A stretch of 43,478 nucleotides of DNA from a virus (Duplodnaviria > Caudoviricetes): IMG/VR virus record IMGVR_UViG_3300048578_000426, positions 1-43,478 of that record; one strand, given 5' to 3'. Of the stretch, positions 27,537 to 37,300 are shown one piece after another. Under the pieces are notes generated by a model. That model made no database searches, was not told where the DNA came from, and saw only the letters and a program-made list of their open reading frames with translations. The number at the start of each line of letters is the position of its first letter. The stretch's first letter is position 1. Both the position numbers and the translations under genes were made by a program.

Positions 27537-30500
27537 ATGTCCGACCTCTCCCTTGATGCCCAGGTCCACTCCCTCATCGACTCGTCCCCTTCGGCGCGCG
27601 AGCTCGGCGATACCGTAAACACCCTGATCTATGGTAAGCCCCAGACCGACACCGAGCGCTGGATGGACGAGCAGATCGCTTCAGGCTGGCTGCCCGAGGC
27701 TGCCCGGCAGGACGAGGCCTACCGCAACTACATCGACGCCTCCGACAATCCCCTCGAGGCCGTCGCCCGCCTCAACGGGGCGAAGTTCTTCGCGGATTCC
27801 ATGGGCACGGACTTCCAGACCGCGCTCCGGGACTACGATGCCATCGCCGAGGCTTGGTACGGCGCGAACCAGTCCCCCATCTCGAATTGGGAGGCCATCA
27901 AGTTTTCCTTCCAGAGCGGCATGCAGTCGATGGAGCTCGGGAACCTCTGGGCGAAGAAGCGGGATGGTGGCCTTTCTCCCGAGGAAGAGGATCGCCTTGC
28001 AGACCTCGAGGATTCCATGCCACCCGCCGACCAGATAAAGCGCAGCCTCCCCGTGGAGACCCTCAAGCTCGCCGCCTCCTCGATTCCGTATTCCGTGAGC
28101 GGCGCCGTCGGGTCCGGGATCGGCGGAGCCGTGGCGCAGGGCCTTGCCTCCCTCGTGTTCCCCGAGGGGGCCCTCGCCATTGCTACCATCGCGGCGATCG
28201 GCCGGACGGCGGGATCCATGGCCGCCAATCTCGGATCGATGAGCGGGCTCGAGTACCGCGACATGATCAAGGCTGGTGTGAACCAGAACGTCGCCAAGGT
28301 CTCTTCTTTGATCTCAGGCGGGCTCCAGTCCGCGATCGAGTCCGACCAGATCATGGGCCTGTTGCCCACGGAAGGCGCTAAGAAGTCCCTCGCGGGAGCC
28401 GTGAAGAAGGTTGTCGGGGAGGGACTCCTCAAGGGGAAGTGGCGCAATCCCATCATCACAGCGGCTCTCCGGCAGGGCAGCCGAATGGCTTCCGAGGGCT
28501 TCGAGGAGGCCCTCCAGCAGGTCGTCTCTGAATCGGCCTTCGAGATCGCCCGGCAGGCCTCGAACAGCGAGGGAGGGAAGCAAGTCGATCCCCATACCTG
28601 GGATGAGGTGGGGAAGGCCATCGTCGACAACTTCGTGGGCGGAGCGCTCGCGTCCCTCCCGCTCGGCGCCCTCGGCGAGCCCTGGGCCGTCGCCCAGGAC
28701 GTGAGCGAGTACGCGACCTGGAAGAAGGCGAAGGCCGCCGAGAAGGAGGCCAAGGCCCAGGTGGAAAAGGGAGAAACGCCCGCGAGTTCGGCGGCGGACT
28801 CGCTTCCCGCGGGAGCGACCGCGCCGGACAAGGCCTGGCGCGACAAGGAGAGCGGCCGCATCTATGCCGAGTTCGCCGAGACCGGCGAGCACCTCAACGA
28901 CGATGGCGAGGCCGTGATCGAATCGCGCCTCAAGATCGGCGACCCCGACGCGAAGACGACATACGCTTTCATCGACCACCACCTCGAGACCGATGCCGCG
29001 GGAACCCAGACCGTGGTCGTGGACCACGTGGATTTCAACCGACCCGAGGCCGCCGCATCGACCGCCGCCACGGAGGGGAAGAAGTCCTATTTCGACGAGG
29101 CCGGCGAAGGAAGCCAGCCTATGGCCGAGGACCTCCCCGCCGCGATGCGGCCGATCTTCAAGGACGCCTTCACCGAGCTCGCGGCCCACTATCCCGGGGC
29201 GAAGGTCGAATGGCAGGCCGTAACGCCCGAGGAGCTCGCCCTCAAGGATGAGATCGAGCGGGAGAGCCCGACGAAGAATCTTCAGTGGTTCTATCCTGAC
29301 CGTCCCGCCGCGGAGCAGCTTTCGAGGACCGAGCTCCGGCGTCAGATCATCGCGACCTTCAGGGACGACCGAAGCATCGCCGACGAGGCCGACGGGATCC
29401 TCGCGATCGCCGACCGCCTCGCGGCGAAGAAGGGTGTCTCAACTGACTCCATGCTCGCCTCCGTGTTCGAGGGGCAGGCCATATCCCGCTCAGGCGTTCC
29501 CGCTCTCAACAAGTCCGGCACCTCAGATGCGGGCGTCTTCTTCCGCGATGCCCAGGGCGCCGCGGCGAAGGATGTCTTCGCCCTCTCCCGCGAGGATCTC
29601 GGCAAGTTCAAGGCCGTCGTGAAGCTCGCCGAGTCGGCCGACTTCACGGCCTTTTCGCACGAGTTCTTCCATGCTATGGAACGGCTCTGGTTCGATCAGG
29701 ACGAAGTGAAGGCTTTCGAGCAGTCCCTCGGCAAGAGGCGCGCGAGCTGGGGCCGGTCAGATCTCGAGTACCTCGCCGACCAGTGGGAGCACTATCTCTC
29801 GACCGGCGACGCTCCCGCTGAGGAGCTGAAGCCCATCTTCTCCCGGCTTGCCGCGGCCCTCAAGTCGTTCGTGCAGGAATTCGTCGGCCTCAAGCGGCGG
29901 TACGGATCGCGATATGAGCTCTCTCCCGAGCTCAAGGCCGCCTACGATAACCTCCTCGCGGATCCGGCAAGCGGGCTTTCCCTCGCGGAAGGAGAACCCT
30001 CCAAGGAAGGGCAAGGCGAGGAGGGAAAGACCGAGAACGGGAAAAGTAACGCGACGCACGGAGAGGACGCAAAGGCGGTACGGCCTGCGCCTCATGAAGC
30101 CCTCGAGGTGGATGCCGGTCTCTATCATACCCGCGAGGACGAGGAGTTCGCATCGAAGATCGACGACTACCAGCATGGAGCTCTTCCGAGTCATGAGGTC
30201 GTCAATGTCTCCATGCCGCGGGGCGTGCTCGCGAGCTTCCTCCCGCAAAGGGAACTTGTCATCAGGCAGGCTACCTTGCGGAAGGCGGTGGAGAAACACT
30301 CGATCGACCTTGCTGAACTCCGGACGCTGCCCTCGAATCTCGAGCACCCGATTTTCATCCTGAGCGGCAATCGGCCCGGGACGCTTACCGTGCTGACGGA
30401 AGCGCATGACCAGGAAGGGCGGAATGTCCTCGCTGCGATCGAGATCGGAAGGACGTTGACTCCCCAGCCCGAAACCAGGATCGAGGTTTCCAAAATCGCG

Positions 30501-33500
30501 TCCTTACATGGGAAGGATGCCGAAAAGCTTCTCTATTGGATCGAGGGTGGAAGGCTGTTATGGGCGGATAAAGAGAAAGGCCCTGGATGGGTTGCCACAC
30601 TGCCTCGGTCCAATTCCGAGCGTGTTGGCCCCATGCAGGACCTCTACAAGAAAATTTACGCCGAGATCGAGGCGAAGTCAAGCGACTCGCCGGCCCTCCT
30701 CCATTCCCGCCCCGATCTCGCCCGCGAGGCGGCGGACTTCGATTCTCCCGAGGAGTATCGGGACTATGTCGAGTCGCTTTTCGCCGATGCGGACGACGAC
30801 CGCGCGACGCAGGATCTCTCAGAGGAAGAGAAGGCGGCTTTCTATCGGGAGCTCTGGGAGGAGGGGAGGGCGGCTGCCGAGCGCGAGGCCCAGGAGATCG
30901 ACGCTGTCGCGCAGGGGGATCCCAACGAAGCCTTCATCGAGCGGATGGCTGCCCCTGGCGGCGTCGAGGGCTTTCTCGAGAGCCTGTGGGGGGCGGGGAC
31001 CTATCTCGCCCAGGGTGAACACTCGGGCTTCGTCGACGAGTCTGAGATCCTCGAGGCTGAGCGCCTTGATGATGTCGCCCGGCGAGCGGAAAAGGAGATG
31101 CACCCCACCATCAAGTCCGCCATGATCTCCGTGGGGAAGAACGGCCGCGCCCTCTCCGAGTCCCGCCGTGAGGCCATCCTCTCGCTTATGCGCCATGGTG
31201 CCCTCGATTACCGGCTCATCGATGCCGAGCTTCGCGGAGACGATGGTGCTGTCGCCGAGATCAAGGAGAAGCTCAACGATCGCGTCCAGAGGTTCGGCTC
31301 CCTCCCTGACCCTGACGGTGTCAAGAAAGAGGGCCTCACCATAGCTGGCCGGGCGAGGCTTGAGCGAGCCTTCGAGGACGAGGAGATAAAGCGGAAGATC
31401 AGGACGGGGGATTTCACCGACGCGGAGATCAAGCAGCTTGTCTCGGACCTTGATGCCGAAAAGGGCGCTGCGGTGAAGGAACGCGATACGCTCCGCTCCG
31501 AGCTTAAGGACCTCGAGGGAAAGCTCGACGATCGCGAGAATGACTGGATCGATTCGAACAAGCAGCTCATGGCCGCCCGGAAGGAAATAGAACGGGCCGA
31601 TACGAAGATTCAGCGGCTTGCGAAACGGGCCGGCTATGATCCATCGGAACTCAAGACAGCCCTCGCGGAACGCGAGACCCTCGCCGGCCGGCTCGATGTC
31701 CTCGAGAAGGCGTTCAATCGGAAGACCCGAGCCCTCAGGGACCAGGACAAGGTGAATGCCATTGCCGCCCGACAGGCCGCTGTTGAGAAGGCTGTGGCCC
31801 ATGTCCAGGCGATCGCGCAGCGCAAAAAAGCCGCCATCGAACTCCGCGAGGAGAAGATCAGGCTTTCCTCGGACATCATGGCCGAGCGGTCGCTGAAGCG
31901 GGTGAACCATGAGGAGTGGACGGCTATCAGGGCGATCCAGGGCCTCATCGACCCGAACTTCCGACGCGCTACCCTGAAGTGGCGCGGGGAGATTATAGAC
32001 CTTGCGAAGCTCCGGGAAGATCCCGATCGACTCAACGATCTCGGCCTCGAGGCGGCTCTCGCGCGGCGCCTTGCGAAGAAGCCGCTCAACGAGTGGACCA
32101 TCGCGGAGCTCGAAGGTCTCAAGAAGCAGGTCGACGGGCTCGAGACCCTCGGGCAGGCGAAGCTGGCTGCGAAAAAGGCCGAGGACAAGGCAAAGGCAAC
32201 CATGATCGGCAACGGCATTCTCGCGACGGTCGAGCATGACCATAACTATGAGGATGCCCATTCCTACAGCTCCGCCGAGCTCGCAGATCAGCTCAAGAAG
32301 AAGGACCGGAAGAACTTCGCCCTCCTCACCGCCTTCGACATGGATCGAGTCGCAACATACTTCGATGGCGGTAATCCCGGCCGCTTCCACGAAATCCTTG
32401 TCGATCGTGTTCGTGCTGCCCAGAATCGCGAGCAGGTAGAGAAGGAGCGCCGTGAGAAGGCGATCGTCGATGTTCTCACCAGGCACAAGATGGATCTTGG
32501 CGATCTCAAGCGCAAGGACATCGCCATCGACCTCGGGCGCCTGGATCCAGATTCCGGGGAAAGCCGTGTCGAACATTACTCGAAAGAGGATCTCATGTTC
32601 GCGATGCTCGCCCTCAGGGACTATGGCGGTGCGAAGCCCGACGCTTGGCTCGGATCGCGCGGCGCGTACATCTTCGGGAACTTCTTCAACGCTGATCTGC
32701 TGCTTCGCAAGAATGACTCTGGCGAGTATGTCCTCGGCGACGAGGCCCTCAAGAACCTTGGCTCCAGGGTAGAAGCGGCGGTCCTGAAGGCTATCCGCGA
32801 GAATCTCAAAGCCCCCGAGCTCGAGCTTGCCGAAGCCATGGAGGCTGACTGGAATACCGAATTCGACCGCCTCAGGCAAGCGATGATCGACAACTACAAT
32901 CAGGAGCTCGCCCAGGTTCGCCATTATGTTCCCTTGCGCCGGCAGGGGGCCGACTTCTCATCTCTCGAGGCCGAGATGCTCGAGAACCAGAAGACGCTCG
33001 CCGGCCTCACGACGAACCCAGACAAGGGCATGACCATTGAGCGCACGAAGATCGGCGCCCGTCATCAGCTTCCCGTAAGGACCGATCTTCTCAACCTGTA
33101 CTTCGATTCGGTCAGGAAGCAGGAGCACCTCATCGCCTTCGCCGACTACTTCAAGACGGCGAATCGCGTGTTCAAGCAGGGTGACATCGCTCGCGAGCTC
33201 CGGCAGAAGATACGCCTCACCTGGGGCGACGGGGCACTCAAGTACATTGGCAACTACCTTTCAGAGCTCGCCAATCCCTCGGACTTCAAGAGCCTCTCGA
33301 ACGCCGAGAAGGCCTTCCGCTTCCTTCGAGGGAACCAGGGCGTGGCCTACCTCGGCCTTCGCCTTGGGTCGGTGTGTAAACAGGTTCTCACCTCGCCCAT
33401 CCCTTTCATCACATACTCCAATCCGGTTTTCTTCGCGAAGGCTTCCTATGAGGCTATGTCCGATCCGCTCAACTTCCAGAAGCGAATCGAGTCTATGAGT

Positions 33501-34313
33501 CCTTACCTGCGGAGTCGACAGGCGTCGCCTGTCCTCGAGGCGCTCCGATCGGGCGGCGATCCCAAGGCGATCGAGGAGATCAAGAAAGCCCAGGCTCTCA
33601 TGATGAAACCACTCGAGTGGGCTGACCGCTCGACGGTCGCTATTGGTTGGTATGCGGTCTATATGAAAAGCAAGGCCGATGGCTTGTCGGAGGAGGCCGC
33701 TCGCGCGTTCGCCGACGACGTGACTCACAAAACCCAGCCTTCGGTGAACTCGGCCGACCTCGCTCCGCTTTTCAAGGAGGGCGGCGAATTCGCCAAGGTC
33801 TTCACCCAGTTCCAGATGCCCATGAACCGCATCTTTCAACAGGTGTTCTTCGATCTCCCGAATGCGGTCAAGAACAAGGAATATGCCCGTGCCGTAGGAA
33901 TTATCTGCTCATATGCCCTTTCGGGCCTTGCGCTCATGCTCGTGGCCGGTCCTCGAGGCGATGACGATGACAAGAAGCGCCGGGATTGGATCTTCTCGGC
34001 CTTTTCGCAGTTCACTGATTCGGTGCCGTTCATCGGTGGGCTCGCGACCGATCTCACGAGGACGGCGCTCACCGGAGACCGGGAACAGCAGTTTTCGACA
34101 TCCCTTCTCCCCGCCGCCGAGAAAAGCCTCGGCGGAACCACGGTCATGCTTGACGCATTGTGGGATCAGAACACCGAGAAGCTGGGCAAAGGAATGCTCA
34201 CTGCGCTCGAGGGGGCGGGTATTGGTGTCGGGCTCCCGACGCAGACGATCAAGGACCTCACTCATATTCCTGATGCCGGGCTCGGGGCCCTCTTGGGGAG
34301 GCGGAGCAAATGA
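27537..34313 (+). CDS. Large polyvalent-type internal virion protein (2258 aa) with HExxH motif and MuF_C/PBECR-like domain
   Basis: FSHEFFH at about 29652-29672; KAVEKH..LPSNLEHPIFIL..LTVLTE..IASLHGK at about 30150-30600; coiled coil; C-terminal KTQP..FTQF region typical of large ejection proteins. Confidence 0.7.
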   Translation: MSDLSLDAQVHSLIDSSPSARELGDTVNTLIYGKPQTDTERWMDEQIASGWLPEAARQDEAYRNYIDASDNPLEAVARLNGAKFFADSMGTDFQTALRDYDAIAEAWYGANQSPISNWEAIKFSFQSGMQSMELGNLWAKKRDGGLSPEEEDRLADLEDSMPPADQIKRSLPVETLKLAASSIPYSVSGAVGSGIGGAVAQGLASLVFPEGALAIATIAAIGRTAGSMAANLGSMSGLEYRDMIKAGVNQNVAKVSSLISGGLQSAIESDQIMGLLPTEGAKKSLAGAVKKVVGEGLLKGKWRNPIITAALRQGSRMASEGFEEALQQVVSESAFEIARQASNSEGGKQVDPHTWDEVGKAIVDNFVGGALASLPLGALGEPWAVAQDVSEYATWKKAKAAEKEAKAQVEKGETPASSAADSLPAGATAPDKAWRDKESGRIYAEFAETGEHLNDDGEAVIESRLKIGDPDAKTTYAFIDHHLETDAAGTQTVVVDHVDFNRPEAAASTAATEGKKSYFDEAGEGSQPMAEDLPAAMRPIFKDAFTELAAHYPGAKVEWQAVTPEELALKDEIERESPTKNLQWFYPDRPAAEQLSRTELRRQIIATFRDDRSIADEADGILAIADRLAAKKGVSTDSMLASVFEGQAISRSGVPALNKSGTSDAGVFFRDAQGAAAKDVFALSREDLGKFKAVVKLAESADFTAFSHEFFHAMERLWFDQDEVKAFEQSLGKRRASWGRSDLEYLADQWEHYLSTGDAPAEELKPIFSRLAAALKSFVQEFVGLKRRYGSRYELSPELKAAYDNLLADPASGLSLAEGEPSKEGQGEEGKTENGKSNATHGEDAKAVRPAPHEALEVDAGLYHTREDEEFASKIDDYQHGALPSHEVVNVSMPRGVLASFLPQRELVIRQATLRKAVEKHSIDLAELRTLPSNLEHPIFILSGNRPGTLTVLTEAHDQEGRNVLAAIEIGRTLTPQPETRIEVSKIASLHGKDAEKLLYWIEGGRLLWADKEKGPGWVATLPRSNSERVGPMQDLYKKIYAEIEAKSSDSPALLHSRPDLAREAADFDSPEEYRDYVESLFADADDDRATQDLSEEEKAAFYRELWEEGRAAAEREAQEIDAVAQGDPNEAFIERMAAPGGVEGFLESLWGAGTYLAQGEHSGFVDESEILEAERLDDVARRAEKEMHPTIKSAMISVGKNGRALSESRREAILSLMRHGALDYRLIDAELRGDDGAVAEIKEKLNDRVQRFGSLPDPDGVKKEGLTIAGRARLERAFEDEEIKRKIRTGDFTDAEIKQLVSDLDAEKGAAVKERDTLRSELKDLEGKLDDRENDWIDSNKQLMAARKEIERADTKIQRLAKRAGYDPSELKTALAERETLAGRLDVLEKAFNRKTRALRDQDKVNAIAARQAAVEKAVAHVQAIAQRKKAAIELREEKIRLSSDIMAERSLKRVNHEEWTAIRAIQGLIDPNFRRATLKWRGEIIDLAKLREDPDRLNDLGLEAALARRLAKKPLNEWTIAELEGLKKQVDGLETLGQAKLAAKKAEDKAKATMIGNGILATVEHDHNYEDAHSYSSAELADQLKKKDRKNFALLTAFDMDRVATYFDGGNPGRFHEILVDRVRAAQNREQVEKERREKAIVDVLTRHKMDLGDLKRKDIAIDLGRLDPDSGESRVEHYSKEDLMFAMLALRDYGGAKPDAWLGSRGAYIFGNFFNADLLLRKNDSGEYVLGDEALKNLGSRVEAAVLKAIRENLKAPELELAEAMEADWNTEFDRLRQAMIDNYNQELAQVRHYVPLRRQGADFSSLEAEMLENQKTLAGLTTNPDKGMTIERTKIGARHQLPVRTDLLNLYFDSVRKQEHLIAFADYFKTANRVFKQGDIARELRQKIRLTWGDGALKYIGNYLSELANPSDFKSLSNAEKAFRFLRGNQGVAYLGLRLGSVCKQVLTSPIPFITYSNPVFFAKASYEAMSDPLNFQKRIESMSPYLRSRQASPVLEALRSGGDPKAIEEIKKAQALMMKPLEWADRSTVAIGWYAVYMKSKADGLSEEAARAFADDVTHKTQPSVNSADLAPLFKEGGEFAKVFTQFQMPMNRIFQQVFFDLPNAVKNKEYARAVGIICSYALSGLALMLVAGPRGDDDDKKRRDWIFSAFSQFTDSVPFIGGLATDLTRTALTGDREQQFSTSLLPAAEKSLGGTTVMLDALWDQNTEKLGKGMLTALEGAGIGVGLPTQTIKDLTHIPDAGLGALLGRRSK

Positions 34314-37300
34314 GCGCAACGACGCTGCAGGACTATGCAGATCAAGAGCTTGTAGTTCGTCGGGTTACCTCGCTTGAAGGATCCGATGGAACGGCTGAAC
34401 TGGAAAACAAGACCAAGCTGGATGTCGCCCTGGGGATCGCGACATCCGTCTCTGCCTCATATCAGGGCCTTATTCTCGCGATCATCTCCGATGGCGTCGT
34501 CTCGATAGCCGAGAAGCCCCAGCTTTTGCAGAAGTGGAATGAGATAGTCGCGGAGTATCCAATCGTCCGGAAACGGGCCATCGACATCGGAATCAAGACC
34601 GACGATGCGGACATATTCGCATATGCAAAGGCCTATTCCGATCTCGATACCTATCTCCATGCCTCCCCGGGAGTCCTCTCCAAGATGGGAGAGAACACAA
34701 CGATCAATCCGGCCGCCTACCAGGCGGTGTGGAATGGCTACTTCTCGGCGAGGGAGACGCTGCTTTCCCGAATCAACTCGCTGGACAACGTTCTTCATCC
34801 CCATGTGGCCCTGCCTGTTCCTGGTGCGATAAGCGCCCTTTCTGTCAGGGCGTACAAGGATCGCCTGATCATCAGCTTTCTTCCACCGGCAGAAACCGGG
34901 AACATTGCGGAAAAGGCCGTTTCCTATTGGGTCGAAAGATCAAAAGATGGAGGGAATAACTGGGAAAGGGTCATCACCCAAACCAATTACTGCGAGTGGG
35001 TGTTTAATCGTACATCGGATGGATACCCAACGTCGGCGGAGCTTGGAACGTACCGGGTCAGGGTCGCTGCAGTATCTGTGTATGGGACGGCATCGCAGTA
35101 TGTCGTTTCCGATGCGCCAGATGCCACCCAATATGGCGTTTTCACGCCCATCGCCCCGAGCCTCTCCGCATCCGTTGCCAAGCGTACAGCCACGCTCCAG
35201 ATCGGGACTCAGGCAAATCTTAACAATGCCGATGGATGGGACGTCCAGATATCCCGTAACGGGACGAACTGGTGGAAGCCAAATCTCTTCGCCACGAGCG
35301 ATGCGAGCTCCTGGTATGATGGAGCGGAGAACGCATTCCTCACTCTTCACGATGTCTACCTGACCATCGGATACCTCACTATTCCACTCTCGGCCGGCCT
35401 TCCAGCTTCAGCGCAGGACTACTACTTCCGCGTGAGGGCGCGATGCTCGAGCCCCGTCTCCGTGAGCGACTGGACGACCTCGGGGAAGCTCACCGCAACG
35501 CCGACGCTCTATGCCGATATTGCGGCTGCACAGATCGCTGAAGCAAACCTCGCTGCCGGATCGGTGAGCCTCTCCAAGTTTGCGTCCAGCTTGCGTCCGG
35601 TTAGGATTGTGGACGTGCTCCCTGCCAATCCCTATACGGGCTATGTCGTCGGCGACTGCGTGACGCTTACAACCGACGGGAAACTCTACAGGATGACGAA
35701 CACGGCGAGCGCGGGGACGACAGGGTGGACCTCGGCCATCGCCACCACCGATCTCGTCGGCGACAAGGGCATCAGCACCGCCCTCCTTGCCGACCTCGCG
35801 ATTACCCAGGCCAAGATCGCCGATGGGGCGGTAGCGCTCGCGAAGATTGCTTCGGGTGCCGTTGACATGACGAAGTTCGCTTCGGGAATTCGTCCTCCCC
35901 GGGTTGTCTCGGCTCTTCCTGCTTCCCCGTTCACCGGCTATTCCGCTGGCGATACTGTGGTCCTCACTACCGACAACAAACTGTATCGCTTCACGGGGGC
36001 GGCATTCACCTCAGTTGTTGCCACAAGCGACCTCGCTGGGAACGGGGGGATTGGTACGGGCCTCCTCGCCGACCTCTCCATCACCCAGGCCAAGGTTGCC
36101 GACGCAGCGATCGCGACCGCAAAACTTGCCGATGATGCGGTCACGACCGCAAAAATTGCAGCATTCGCTGTCACCGCAGGGGAAATTGCTGCCGGGGCGG
36201 TCACAACAGAAAAACTCTACGCTGGGGCGGTTACTACTGATCGCCTCGCCGCGAATGCTGTCACGGCCGCGAAGATCGCCGCAAACACAATCACGGCTGC
36301 CCAGATCGCAGCCGATACCATCACCACCGCCTGCATCGCTGCCGGAGCAATCACGGCTGACGAGCTTGCTTCGAGCGCCGTTACTACGGACAAGCTCGCG
36401 GCTCTCGCCGTCACCGCCGCCACAATTGCTGCTGGGGCGATTACGACAGAGAAGCTCTACGCGGGAGCTGTCACCACCACCTGTCTCGCGGCCGGCGCGG
36501 TTACCACAGAGAAACTTTATGCAGGAGCGGTCACGACTACCTGCCTTGCCGCTGGGGCTGTCACCGCTGCGAAGATTGCGGCCGACACGATCACATCCGG
36601 CTGTATTGCTACGGGGGCCATTACGGCCGACGAGCTCGCGGTCGGCGCGGTAACAGCGGCAAAGCTCCTCATCAAGGCAACCGGGAAGCAGATCAATCTT
36701 GATCCCAACATGGAAGATGTATCCGCATGGACGGTCGATAGTGGAGCATTCGTAATAACCTTGGATACAACAGCACCGTGCGGGAATAACGTGCTCGGCC
36801 CATCTAGCTATGCCTGCCAAGTAATGGACGCGAACTATTATCCTATCGACACGTCGAAACGATATCGAGTCCGTTTCTGGGCGAAGAAAACAAGTGATGC
36901 AAATGGCACTCTCTATGCCGATCTCCGCCAGTACAGTGCAGCAGGATCAATGTGTGCGACTAATGGTGGGCGGTCACCGTATGGCATTTCAGCAGCCGCG
37001 ATCACGACGAGCTGGGTTGAATACAGTTACGAATGGCTTCCTGCACATGCCCAAAGCGGAGTCAGGTTTGTGCGCCTTGATTTTCTTCTCAACTACAGTG
37101 GCACTGCTGGGAAGATGTACATTCAGGGTGTTCGCTTCGAAGAGGAGATCCCAACAGTCCTAATTGCAGATGGTGCAATAACGACAGCAAAACTCACGGC
37201 ATTATGCGTTACAGCAGCGAATATTGGAGTCTCCAATCTCGATGTCGACTCTTCTGCAAACGTGCTCAACCTGAACGCAAGTCTCATTTATTCGGGCGCT

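Noticed and set aside
36100-36665. CRISPR-like periodic array
   Set aside because: Repeats are in-frame, degenerate at third codon positions and lack unique spacers; no cas genes
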